From contig NW_027192193.1 of the NCBI RefSeq assembly GCF_041956535.1, forward strand, positions 688,719 to 752,718: DNA of 64,000 nt. Direction: 5' to 3'. Position 1 is the first letter of the stretch; every line of letters begins with the position of its first letter. This DNA is from Calcarisporiella thermophila CBS 279.70 (Eukaryota > Fungi > Calcarisporiellomycota). Under the pieces are notes generated by a model. The model saw only the letters and a program-made list of their open reading frames with translations, had not been told where the DNA came from and did no database searches. The position numbers and the translations under genes are program-made. Shown piece after piece: positions 13,798-27,158 of the stretch.

Positions 13798-14078
13798 ATT
13801 CTAACTTATAGATAGGGTAGCCTAGAGTGCAAATTGACCGTGAGATTTTTTTAGAATTTTTTTTTTGCGAAATTTGTTGAGTGACATCTAGGTTCGATTC
13901 GACGAAAGATTTGTTTGGGTTTTTTCTATTTGATTATCTCTTTCTCTCCAACCTCTAAACCCAATCTCTTTTGGATAAGGTATTTTATCTTCGAATATTC
14001 CTCTTTATTTTGTGGATTTACGCGGCAATTGTCAATTCCAACCTGCCCTTAATTTATACTAGGCATATAAAAGAAATC

Positions 14079-16044
14079 ATGTTTCGTTTTGGAAGAATTC
14101 ACATTCGTTCCGCCTCCAATTCTTTACGGTACAAAACCGTGTGCGAATCTCGACCTGCAGCTTTGCCCATTATCAACTCTGCTGCCAGAGCGTTCAATCC
14201 AATGTCTCGCTCGCTGTCTTCTTCTAAGTAACTTTTTATAAACAGCAATATATCACACTAGCAAATGTATTTATAATTATATTTTGTTAGTATCAGTTAC
14301 ACTAAGCTTTATCGCACTATACTTCAACCTACCTTGTATGATCGCAGCAGAGTTCGTAGCTACAGCTCAAAATGTATTTTTTTAAATTTAAACCATCACG
14401 ATTGGCAGGAAACATCGCTAATTATATACATTTTTTATTTATAGCTTTTCCTCCACACCAGACTATTCTGATGCCTGCTCTTTCTCCAACCATGACAGCA
14501 GGAAACATCGGGGTATGGCAGAAAAAAGTGGGAGATGCCATAAACCCTGGAGACGTACTCGTTGAGATTGAGACTGATAAGGCTCAAATGGATTTTGAAT
14601 GCCAGGAAGAAGGATTTCTTGCAAAGATTTTGGTAGATAGCGGAGCAAAAGAGGTTTCAATCAACACGGTACGAATGCAATTATCCACACCCAGGAGTAA
14701 AATTTTCTAACACGAGATCAATCTTAAATCTCAGCCTATTGCTGTCCTAGTTGAAAACGAAGAGGATGTGAGTAAGTTTACTGAATTTACTGCGGAAGAC
14801 GCCGGAGGCGCACCTAAAAAAGAGGAGTCCAAGCCCGAGCCCAAGCCCGAGCCCAAGAAAGAGCCCAAACAGGAGCCCAAAAAAGAGGAGCCGAAGCAAG
14901 CCTTACAAAAGGAAGATGTCAAAGCTGAAGGTATACCCAATACTAGATTAATTATATAATATCTCTTATTGACATTTTGTTTAGATCGCGTGTTTGCAAG
15001 CCCATATGCAAGGGTAATATACAACACGCTTTTTAGAGATTGCAACCGCTATAATATCTTCTTTTTAGAAATTGGCCAATGAGCGCGGTATTACAATCGA
15101 TCAGATCAAAGGTACAGGTCCCAATGGCCGCATTGTTGCTGCGGATGTAGAAGGATTTGTGCCTGGTATGTGTGAACAAATCTCTTTAAATAATATAATT
15201 ACTGATTGTCTCGATATTCGCCTGATAACAGAGAAAGCTGCTACTGCTAAGCCCTCTGCTACTGAATTCATTCCATCTGCCCCGGCTGGCATTGCTTACA
15301 CCGATATTCCTTTGAGCAACATGCGCAAGATAATTGCCTCACGACTTACGGAATCTAAGCAAACAATTCCACACTACTATCTCACCGTGGATGTAGAGAT
15401 GGATAAGGTTCTGAAATTGCGCGAGGTGCTCAACAATCAAGCCGATGGTAAATTCAAGCTCTCGGTCAACGATTTCATTGTCAAAGCGAGTGCTCTAGCT
15501 CTCAGAGATGTTCCAGAGGCAAACAGCTCATGGCAAGGCGACTTCATCCGGCAGTAAGTTTACGCTTCTCTTTCATAGAAAAAACAGCTCCCTTAATGTA
15601 TATTTTTTGATTAGGTATCATAACTCGGATATTTGTGTTGCTGTTGCTACTCCAAATGGACTTATAACACCCATCGTGCCTTCCTGTGAAACCAAAGGCT
15701 TATCTACCATTTCGAATCTGACCAAGGAACTTGCACAGCGTGCTCGCGATGGCAAGCTTAAACCACAAGAATTCCAGGGTGGCTCATTCACCATTTCAAA
15801 CCTAGGCATGTACGGAATCAAACAGTTTGCTGCTGTGATCAACCCCCCACAATCTTGTATTCTTGCAGTGGGAACGACGGAGCAGAAAGTGGTTCCTGAT
15901 GCCTCTAAAGACTCTCATCGAGTGGCCAATGTAATGACAGTAACTCTAAGTTGCGACCACCGCGTGGTTGATGGTGCGGTAGGCGCACGTTTCTTGCAGA
16001 CATGGAAGCAATACATAGAAAATCCCCTGAAGATGATGCTTTAA
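14079..16044 (+). CDS. LAT1: Pyruvate dehydrogenase E2 (dihydrolipoamide acetyltransferase)
   Basis: Mitochondrial presequence; lipoyl domain [16 protein letters not shown]; GTGPNGRI; catalytic DHRVVDGA; ENPLKMML*. Confidence 0.97.
14830..14896 (+). repeat. Tandem 12-15 nt repeat encoding the (K)xEPK linker of LAT1
   Basis: AAGCCCGAGCCC / AAGAAAGAGCCC units translate to [22 protein letters not shown]. Confidence 0.8.
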
Positions 16045-16549
16045 AAACGCGCTAAAAAATTGCTCAACATTGATCTTTAGCCGCTGTTTTCAATCTTTCT
16101 CCCTCGATTCTAAACAAGAAGAGTTTTTTACTCTATTCTTTTTCATTTCCGCTATATAATTTTATCAATATTGAAATAGATTTTACACTTACCTCACGCC
16201 CAAAGAGCTATTAAATTAAAATGGTATCGAAGCAATTTTGCATATGCTTCTAACAACTGAGATATATTGTTACTTGGGTTTCCATTGGATTCGAACACTA
16301 TAAAGTAAAGCACTAGGAAACACAAAAAACTGCTAAGTGAATATATATATAGTATGTGTTCGAAGGATTAATTACATTATACTTTGAGTGGAAACATCAA
16401 TATAATATCGTAAAGTTTAAAAAAGAAATTGATATGAATTTGAAAACTAAATAAATTTGGACGTTCGATTCATAAGGAAAACAAAATTTGGAGCGAATTT
16501 TAGGTTTTTCTTATAAATCGTAGATTTATTTTTCAACGCTGGTGAATTT

Positions 16550-18529
16550 ATGTTCATTCCTCGTGTGATTGCAACTAAGCCGAAGCAAAGTACACCTGAA
16601 AGAGGACTAATTAAGAGGAGTAGATCTGAAGACTTCGGTGAGGCAGATTTGAAAAGGCAAAAATCAGAAAGTCTTGAGGGAGATCTGCGACTTAGCAATA
16701 AGTCATTCGAACAATTAAACGTGATTAATGCCGATTGTAGCCTGACGGTGCCACTACAAGATCTTGGAGATATCAAAGTAGAAGAGAAAACAGATGACTT
16801 GATTGTTGAGAAGAGTGCAAATCAACGGAAGCCTATTCCAGGAGAGCCCATTTGTATTGTATGCGGCAAATATGGAGAATATATATGCGATGAGACAAAC
16901 CATGACATTTGCAGGTAAAGTCCGGCAATATCTTTGAAATAGCCCCTATAATTTTTCCTGATCCCAACTACACTTTTTATATCAATAGTTTAGAATGCAA
17001 AGCGAAAGACATAGAACTATCGCAGAAAACTGCTGAAACCCCCCCAAAATCAAAAATATTGAGCTGTCTTCCTACCCCGAGCGAAAGAAACATGATTACT
17101 TTGCCGAAATCTCATCCAGCGAGTCATAGACTGATAGCAAATTTGGCCATGCAAACTCAATCCACGCTATTTCAATCGATTCATGACTCGCAAAGCAGAT
17201 TATTGCGCTCGAGATATTCTCTGACGGTAGAAGGCAACAGCATACCAAGGCCCATTGAAAAATTCGAATATATCGAGTTTGAGCCTAAATTGTTAGAGAA
17301 CATGCGTGCGATTGGCTTCATTAAGCCCACACCGATACAAATGCAATCCACTTCTGCTGGGATTTGTGGCCGTGATCTTCTCGTTATCTCTCCATCTGGG
17401 TCAGGCAAAACTGTAGCATATCTAATTAGCACTGTGTTTCACGTCTTCTCTCTATCGCGCATTTATAATAATCGTGCTGCGGGCCCATTTGCGCTTATAC
17501 TTGCACCAACACGTGAACAATGTGTTGGTATCGAAGAGTTAGCTAAACAAATGATAATTGGCCTTCCTAATATGCGAACGGCGCTGCTCGTGGGCGGAAT
17601 ACCGATCCCAAATCAGCTTCACCGTCTGCGGCAAGGAGCACAGATACTCATTGCCACACCCGGAAGATTTATGGAATTGTTGTTGAAATATCGTGAAAAT
17701 GTTCCTTTAGATAAGTTGCACTGCGTTGTTGTTGACGAAGCAGACACTATGCTATCAAAGGAATTCGATTCGCAAGCGAAGCGAATATTTAACATGCTTC
17801 CTCCGGCTGACCGTCAGATGTCCATTTTTGCTACTTCGCTCACCCAGCGTGTTCTCAGTTTCGCGAATACAACTCTTCTTCACCCAATCAAAATAACGAT
17901 GGGAGGTAGACGTGTTGCAAGTGAGATTAGGGTGCGACAAACTCTATTGTGGGTAGAGAACGCGTCAAAAAAGAAGAGGCTATTTGATATCCTGCTTGAT
18001 TCAAAATATTATCATCCGCCGATCATAATATTCGTAGAGGCAAAGCTGGGAGCAAGCATGCTTGCTGCCGCTGTACGTAAAAAATGCGGATTGGATGCAG
18101 TTTCATATCACGGAGAGGAGCCCATGACAGAACGTAAAGAGCTATTTTCTGGGTTTCACTCTGGTATATATCCCATAATGATATCAACAGGAGCACTGTT
18201 ACGTGGCATCTCCTTACCGCAAATTTCCATGGTAATTAACTTTGATATGGCCGGATCTGTCGAGGAATATTTCAACCAAGTCGGGTTTGCAGGCATAAAC
18301 GGAGTTAACACTGAATGCCAGAGTAATAAAATTCATGAAGGCTGGGCGATAACTTTTATTAACAATGTAAATGGCTAAAAATTGTATGAAATGCTTTCTC
18401 AAAACTCAACTAATTTATCTTTAGGATCATAAACATTTGTTTTCTAGACTACTAAAGTCTCTCGAGACACTCCCTGCTAATCGTATCACTCCTTTGCCAC
18501 CAGAATTGACCAGGAACCAAGTACTTTGA
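16550..18529 (+). CDS. DDX59: DDX59-like zf-HIT + DEAD-box RNA helicase
   Basis: zf-[28 protein letters not shown]; Q motif PTPIQ; motif I SGSGKT; PTRE; TPGR; DEAD; two introns. Confidence 0.88.
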
Positions 18530-19420
18530 TTCAATTGCATATATCTTTCATCATCACAACACTATAATAAACTTTATCGACAAATTTGTATTTTTTTGTA
18601 TGAATATCGTTTTTCATTATTGCATTATAAAGCTTTATGCGATACTGAGCCATTGTCTCCAAATGGCACATGTTAGAGTATTACTATCCAAAAACAACAG
18701 GTTTATTCTTGTACTTAAGGTAAGCGACGAGATCCCATATATAACTTCTATATGGCAGTCGATAGTATGTTAAATGGGATAATCTTACTTTTTTATAGAG
18801 AATGGGCTTAGTAATAAACACAATTATCACACAATAAATAAAGTTACTCTACGTAGAACAATTTGCTTGACAGATTACTATTTGAAATAAATTAAAGCAC
18901 ATTTTTTTTAGTCGCCTATACAAAACTGATGAAGCTAGTGGTCTATCCTTTCTTTCGCCGAAGAAAAGTATAAATTCAAATACGATAACATGATAACCTT
19001 AAGGAGACTTTCCACAGTCATCTCTTATATGCTAGTGCACTGTAGCCTCAGTTTACTTGCTGCATATCCCACGCACGTTGCACTAACGGGAGGCATTATA
19101 GGCCACCGAACCTACACTTCTGTGCCAGAGATTTCTTCTAGATTCATTTCAGATGACAGAATTACCGCAGCAAACATAGAGGTCTTTCCAGCGGCATCTA
19201 GTACATTAACTGCAATCTCGGGACTGCACTCCCTAAAGTCTCTACCCAATAGTTTTTCAAGCAGTTAATTTCCTTTTAAATATAAATTTTACCTAGCGAC
19301 TTTTCAATCTAATTCATGCTCATCTAAATTAATTATTTTTTAGCGCGCATTCACCCCTTCCTTTCATTAATTTATTTGCTATTTTAAACACAACCTTGCG
19401 TTACTCTTTGTTATCCCCAG

Positions 19421-20707
19421 ATGTATTTGTTGACGACTTTCATCTTTTTTCTAATATGTATTGAAGTCGCTACTACTCATCCTTTATGTATTGATTTTCC
19501 CGAACCTGATGATCTATCACGCCATACCTATACACCATGTCCAGTGGTACATCACGCGTTAAATCGGCGACAAAATGCTTTTAACGCAAACAATGCCTTT
19601 AATTTCCATCTAAATTGCAATGCTAGTCAAGAATTATGCGTCAAAGTAGAGCGTGGATTCACCAGAGTTGGCGAAATTCTTTCTACATACTATTTCAATT
19701 TCACAGCACCCATCAGAGTGAATGCTTCGTTCTATGAATTTTGTAAAGTAGAGCCCGGGAAACATACCGCTTGCGCGTCAGATGGAATGGCTTCTCAAAT
19801 AGGTTATGCTAGTGCAGCTCGCGGGATATTAATGACTGATGATGATGCTGTATCACGGATTTATCCCCAAGCATTGGTTAAACAATTTCAGCTCAATCCA
19901 CAGCCTGGCTATCACGAGTATGATATTAACTGTAATTTCAATGCTGAACTTAAGTGGAAATTTGAGGTAAGCATATCATACATATTCTACGCAATATATA
20001 ATATATTTTATCTTTAAATATAGTCATCTCCAGAGGAGCCCGGTGAAATTTCCTTTGAGCACATTGTTTTGCATGAACTACTTCATGGCCTTGGCTTTCA
20101 GACTTACTGGCGCAAATATTCGACCGCGGTGTCCCATAACTTCCTATATCCAATAGGGATATCACTAGTCAATCATTCTATGACTAACATATATACCTCG
20201 AACTTTGAGGGAGCACTGGATCGATATCTCATGGTTGTACCTAAAATGATTCACGCCACTGAATATACTAAACAAATAGACGCTGCAGCTCGTATTTTGT
20301 TTTCGCGTAATACGACTTCAAGAGAGTTTTTCAATGCTGTAGAATCGGCTCCCGAATTTCAGCCCGCAAGAGATATGCTCAACTACTCGCAAACTAGAGA
20401 CGCTTTGGCTTTATTGCCATATGGAGGGAAAGCACCAGACGATTTTATATTCATGGAGTCTTCAATCATCCCTTACAAAGCGGGTGCATCGTTATCACAT
20501 TTGTGTCTTGAGAAGTACGGGAAATCGGCGGATCGTTTGATGATCGCCTCTCAGCAGGATCCAAATAACATGCCTTTGTTAGTCCCAGATGTGAACGGTC
20601 AAGGGGGATCAATTGGGCCGCTTGTTCTACGTGCGATGGCATCTATAGGCTATCTTACAAAGCAGCAGCTGCCCACTCCACCCATTCCAAAGCTAGTTAC
20701 TATTTAA
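19421..20707 (+). CDS. Secreted zincin metalloprotease-like protein
   Basis: Hydrophobic signal peptide; YPQALVKQ; LEHIVLHELLHGLGF (HExxH); downstream GASLSH supplies a candidate third ligand; one intron at ~19967-20022. Confidence 0.78.
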
Positions 20708-21025
20708 ACTATTGTTCAGTAAATATTTATCTATTTCAATGCGAGATCTTATTTAACTCTCTTGACTCCAATTCCAGCTTACCCTTTATTTGAATCGTTA
20801 GCTATCCAATTTTTTTTTGGCAACTGAGACAATTTACAACTCTATATTTTGCGGAGAAAGAATTTTGTTTACTATTTCACTACCTAAATTTCCTATTCAT
20901 TTTACCTTGTTTCCTTTTTATAATCGTTTTTAATTATATCTTAATACCTGGTCACGTATTTTGCTTTCCTAATTCCAAACTTCTGATTAGTGTCGCTTCT
21001 CTCTTTTGTCACTACTCTTGTAGCC

Positions 21026-24000
21026 ATGGATATCCAGAATATGTACCATCTCTTTAGCGCTACATTTAATCCGGACCCGAATGTGCGAAAAAGAGCTGAA
21101 TTAGAAATCCGTAAGGTAAGTAATTAATTGCAAGAAAACTTGACACATGAGAAAATCTTGAGCGTTTTTCGGTTCTGGTGACAATAGCTAGAGGCAACAC
21201 CCGGATTACTGGCGCTTCTATTGCAAATTCTAACATCAGAGGAGTCCGACCCAAGTGTGCGTCAAGCAGGTAACCATCTCTGAACAATTCTATTACATAT
21301 TTTAACACGTATAAATAATGCGTTTTTTTTTTGGCAGTTGCTATTTTTTTCAAAAATCGTCTCCAAAAATCATGGGATCCGTCCAAACAGGGAACTAACC
21401 ATCCCATTACTGAAGAAGATCGTCACATCATTCGTGAGAATATCCTTCAAGTATTAGTCTTATCTTCGAACCAAGTTCGTGTTCAACTCACTGCTTGTTT
21501 GGGCATGATTCTCGCAACTGACTATCCGAATCAATGGCCCACATTTCTCGACCAAGTTCAATCAATGCTTACTGCAACTGAACCACGTACAGTCTATGTG
21601 GGCCTCTTGGCTTTAAGAGAAGTGGTCAAATCATACCAATGGAAAGTCGAAAATCGTGAACCGCTCAGAGAGATCGTGAAGAGGCTGTTTCCTACGCTAC
21701 AACAGATTGCTTCCGGTCTTGTTAAAGAGACGAGTCTGGATGCGGCAGAAATGCTTAAAACTTCTCTCAAGGCATACCATAGTACAATCAGATATGATCT
21801 TTCGACGGATCAACAAGATCCTGCTTCGCTTATTCCCTGGGGTACTTTATTCCTTCAGCTTGTTGAAAAAGAAATACCTACAGATTGGATGCCAGCTGAT
21901 GCGGACGAACGCGAAAAATACCCGTGGTGGAAGACTAAAAAATGGGCATTCCATTGTTTAAACCAGCTATTTTCGCGTTATGGCAACCCTGCTTTGCTTC
22001 CTGCCTCGAATAAGAAATATAAGGAGTTTGCCAACGGTTTCATTGCCAACTTCGCACCTAACATCTTGCAAGCTTATTTACGTCAGACAGAACTCTGGAT
22101 CCAAAAGAAGATTTGGATCAGCTCCAAGTGTTTAGCTATGATTGCAAGCTTCTATAGTGATTGGTATATATGCTTGCGCTTCTCTATTTCATATGTATGA
22201 AATTAACCTCTGCATTATTTAGCGTTAAACACAAGACAACTTGGTTGGCTCTTAAACCTCACGTAGAGTCTCTCGTTGGATACTTCATATTCCCGCAGAT
22301 GTGTTTTACAGATGAAGACCAAGAGCTGTGGGAGGAGGATCCAGTCGAGTATGTGCGCCTCAAAGTTGGTGAGTAAAGGACAATAGCCCTTGGCTCGAAA
22401 AACAAATGCTGAATTAATTATCTAGATCCATTTGACGATTTCCATTCACCCATCATGAATTGCACCAACCTGTTGATGAGTCTGGCTCAGGATCGTAAGA
22501 AACATACATTTATGGGGATTCTTGGGTTTGCAAATAGCATCCTCTCGAAATACGCCGAATCGTCGCCAGAGTCTCGGGATCCACGCCAAAAGGATGGTGC
22601 TCTCTCAATTATTAGCTGCCTTTGCCCAGTAATAATGAGACGCAAGTCGCCCGTCATAAATATGATGGAGAGCTTCTTTGTCAACCACGTGTTCCCTGAG
22701 TTTACCAGTCCGCATCCATTTTTACGAGCGCGTGCTTGCCGCATGGTACGCGACTTCATCGATCTTGAGTGGAAGGATGAAAATAATCTTGGGGCGGCCT
22801 ATCATGGAGTCATGGGCTGTGTCCAAGACCAAGAAATTCCGGTGCGCGTGGAAGCTCTATTGGCTCTGCAACCAATGACGCAACATGAATTGGTGAGGAA
22901 TGCTATGGGACCGCATCTACCTCAGATCATGAGCGGTAATTTTTCAAAGAGAATTTGAATTCTACCTATTTACACATGTATAACACTCTTTATGGGTCAT
23001 AGAATTGCTGAAATTAACCAATGACCTTGACCTTGACACACTTTCCAGCGTTACAGCTGAATTTGTGGAAGTTTTCTCTGAGCAGCTTACTCCATTTGCG
23101 GTTGAATTATGTGCCCAATTGAGAGACACGTTTTTGAGAATCGTGGAAGAGATGGTTTCTCAAGGAAATAGCATAACAGAAGAAGATATCCTATCCGGCA
23201 AGTTTGACGTGGACGATAAGACAATGACGGCGATGGGAGTATTGAAAACGATTAGTACACTTTTAATGAGCTTGGAGAGTACACCTGAGGTAAAATTAAT
23301 TTATAGTTATTTGTTGAAGAATTGCATAGCTCAATCTTCTCTTTTAGGTTTTACATAAATTGGAGGAGACGCTTCTACCGGTTGTGGTCTTCACCCTAAA
23401 GAATCAGATCATCGGTAAACCACGTTTTTGAATACTATTGTTATTGGAAAATGCTGAAACTGTTTTACGTCAATAGACCTTTACGATGAAATTTTTGAAA
23501 TAATTGATTGCTGTACCTTTGCTACCAAGCGCGTATCGCCTCAAATGTGGGAGGTATTTATGTTAATTTACTCTGCATTCAAAGAGTCAGCAATTGATTT
23601 TGTTGAGGGTAAGTTGAAACTAGCAGATATAATTTCTATCTGACTTAATCCATCATTGCCTCGTGTTTTGTAGAGATGCTTCCTTCATTGGACAACTTTA
23701 TTGCATTTGGCAAGGATGTATTTGTTTCCAGTGAGGACTTGCAGAGAAAGGTCTACGATATTATTGAAACTGTAAGTTCTTGAATGATATTTTTTCACTT
23801 TCCTCCCATCCTTCTAACCCCTCAACACCAAACAGGTAATGAAGAGTGATAGACTCGGGGAAAAAGATCGCATCTGTGGTTGTAAATTGATGGAATCAGT
23901 GATGCTCAACTGCCGTGGTGGAGTAGATGCAGCCATCGAGCCTTTCCTTCACCTTGCATTCCAACACCTTGCGCCCAACAGTATCAAAACCCGGGAATTC

Positions 24001-24845
24001 CGTATCCACTGCCTCGAGGTTGTAGTTAATGCTCTATACTATAACCCAAGTTTGACATTGGGAATACTTGAGCGCAATCAGTGGACACAGGGCTTCTTTT
24101 CGATGTGGTTTGCCAATTTCGACAAATTTGCTAGAGTGCACGATAAGAAGCTCAGCATCGTGGCGATTTGTGCGATATTGGAGACACCCACGGAACACAT
24201 TCCACCCACGCTGCAGGCAGCGTGGCCACAGATTCTAGGTGGAATTTTGACTATGTTCCAGTCATTGCCTCAAGCGGTTGAGAGTAAGCTATTCTGATTA
24301 TGCTATGGTGTTTCGAGATTTTCTAATATTTGTATCATATAGAACGCAAGCGGATGGAGGAGTTGTTCGGAGATGGCGTTGATGATTTTGAAAATGATGA
24401 TGAAGGTGTTGATGGAATCGACGACTACGAAGATAGAGATTCTGGGGATGAAGATGGCGATGTTCATGATGCAGATCAAGAGTATCTTGAATTCCTTGCG
24501 CAAGAGGTACATGCACGGGACCAGTCTATCCTTTCTAGAAAGCCCGCTAATATTTCTAAATCATTTTAGGAGGCAAAGAAGTCAATCGGGGATTCACAGA
24601 ATGAAGGGGATGACGAGGAAGAGGAGGAGGATCTCGATGAAGAGCTGATGTTCGAATCTCCGCTAGACGAAATTGATGTCTACGTACGTTTCCAGGACGT
24701 CTTTAGATCATTGCAGCAATACCAACCCGCCTCCTACACTGCACTTACTAAGGACTTAAGTCCAGAGCAACAGAACTGCATTCTATCACTTTTCTCTACG
24801 GCTGACGAAAATCGGAGAAAGCAAAGCGAAGAAGTTACCGCATGA
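21026..24845 (+). CDS. NMD5: Importin-7/8 family karyopherin (Nmd5/Sxm1-like)
   Basis: IBN_N domain (ATFNPDPNVRKRAELEI..VAIFFKNR), PWWKTKKWA, LWEEDPVEYVR, FLRARAC, RVHDKKL, acidic C-terminus with SPLDEIDVY. Confidence 0.9.
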
Positions 24846-25264
24846 TAAAATTATAATCTAAATTTTTCTTTTCTATGACATTTTACATATACATTTGTTG
24901 CCCTATTTGACATAAAGTCGCTATTCAAAATATCCATTTGAATCTGTTTTTTGGAATGCAAATGCTAAATTCGAAAATGGTGTTCAAGTCTGATAATGCG
25001 CAGGCCGTGATGGACTTTTTTATCAGTAGTTTCTTTTGATCTTTCCGATCGGCAATACATTTTGTCATTATGCTCACTATATCATTCGGTGATTACATGA
25101 GCACTCCTGTCCCGCTGTTAAACAACTCTAATTTAATATTTCAGCTTTATTGATTGAGAATTAACACTAGAGAGGTAATGAATGGTACAAATTTCAATAT
25201 TCATAACTGTCAAATTATAATAAAACATGAAAAAAAAAAAAATGCTTAAATGCTAGTCATGTAA

Positions 25265-26377
25265 TCACAAGCTTCCCTTCTTGAACTCTGTCGCTAACAC
25301 ATTTCGGCTGCCCTCTTCCACCAACCTTGCTCTCTGAAATTAATGCGATAACTCCTATGCGTTCAAAATAGCTCCTTTTCTACAAATCTTCTGATCATCA
25401 AGATCGCTTTATGTCACCCTCACCCCTCCAACCATGGCCTTCGGGTTCGTAGAAGCCAGAGGTCCACCTTTGTCGCTGGTGATTCCGGAAGCCTGGTCGT
25501 TATTTTTGGTAACTTTTCCGGTATCTATACCTGATATCACGAGATTTATTATGCTATTATCTTTATATTCTAAGTGATTTTACCGACCTGAAGCATTACC
25601 TGCAATTCCACCTTTCTTGGTATCTCCTTTGTTTCGCTCCTTTCTTTCCGCCTTGCCTCTGTTTTTCTTTCCTTTTTTCCTCTCCTTTATCCCTTTTTTC
25701 CCCTTCTTTTCCTTTTTTCCCTTCTTTTCCTTTTTCCCCTTCTCCTCCTTTATTTCCTGTTGCTTCTTGCTTTCATCCTTAGTACTTCCTATTTTCCCGG
25801 TCGAATCAAGTTTCATGGTGCTATTATTTGCACTCGAAATCCCACTGGTTCCGGCGACAGATGTGTTGTTTCCTTTTAACTTGCTTTCTTCTTTGGAGGC
25901 ATCACTTTCTTTCGATACCTTGGGCTGCGCTTTGTCTTCCCCCTTAGACACTACTCCCACGGATGGTTTGCGCGTACCCGTGTCCTTTTCGTCCGCTTCC
26001 TTTATAGCAGAGATTATACTGTTGGGTTTATCTTTGCTACCAATAGAGGTTGCATTGGCGTTCTCTTTAGATGCCGCATTGGCTTTTTTTCCCTGTCCTA
26101 GTATTCCGCCTATTAGATCGCCAACCGCCCCCATTGCTTTATCTGCTTGTGCGCCAACCGAAACCCCCATTGGGCCGAGTATACCGCCCAAAAGACCCGT
26201 TAGGCCCTCTTTAGAGCCTTTCCCTTCAGCCGCGCTAGCCACACTCTTTCCTGCTTCGCCAGTACGGCCACCCAAGATGTTTTCCGGTTGTCGTTTTTCC
26301 GACGTATTGGGTTGAACAGATGCTGCGGCGGCCAGCGCTGCAAGCATGGTGAACGAAATGAACGAGAGTTTAGTCAT
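25265..26377 (-). CDS. Secreted low-complexity protein with Lys-rich repeat, function unknown
   Basis: Signal peptide MTKLSFISFTMLAALAAAAS; 265-aa open exon; probable further exons at ~25422-25530 and 25265-25333 (the 3' end is uncertain). Confidence 0.6.
25640..25750 (-). repeat. Purine-rich 9/18-nt repeat encoding (KEK/KGK)n
   Basis: The + strand shows TTTCCTTTTTTCCCTTCT-type units; the translation reads KEEKGKKEKKGKKEKKGKKGIKERKKGKK. Confidence 0.8.
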
Positions 26378-27158
26378 GTATAGATATAACGACGAAGACA
26401 GAAGGGCTGATTCTTATCGGTCGATATTGACCAAGATATACAAAGAACACATAAGAGGTTATGCTGGTGTACTTTTGCAATTTATTTATTTATTATTTAT
26501 TTTACGACTGCTAATACAAAGCCATTTGATCAAATAACATGGATTTTCGTCCTTATCCCTTGATTTTTCGGATCCGGCGTATATAAAAGGCAAGTACTAC
26601 TGCTCTGTGATGCGGGAAACTTAAAAGATCATCAATCCTTATATAATCGGGTTCATCAAATGACGAATGCGCATCTCCCGGCTTTTCATTGGCCCAATGA
26701 GGGGATTGCGATTAGCGGCCGGATCGCTCTAACGGCCCCCTCACGACCCTTGGGATATATAAGTGGGATGCCGGAGACGCACGCACGTCACATGGGGGAG
26801 GGCATACCGCTTCGAGCAATGCATCAGGCTGACAGCGGCGGCCGCCCTTGATGCGTCTGGAAGGCAGATCCTGAAAAAAGGGAATGTAGTCACGCCGCAA
26901 AAACAAAGCCAATCTGGCCGCAAGGAATCAAATAAGACTATGATGTACCACCAGGCCCCTTGGTTTCACTGCCAAGGCAACCACAAATCCTCATAGGGCA
27001 GCCGGTGGCATTAGCACCATGTTTGTCACCCAGTTTTCCCGGCCCCTCTGATATCCCAACAGCTTCCCCCGAGTTCCTTCTCCCCCTATCCTATAATCCG
27101 CTCTCTTCCACCCAATCGGCATAGCGCATCCCCTCTTTAATCCATCGAGATCACTTAG

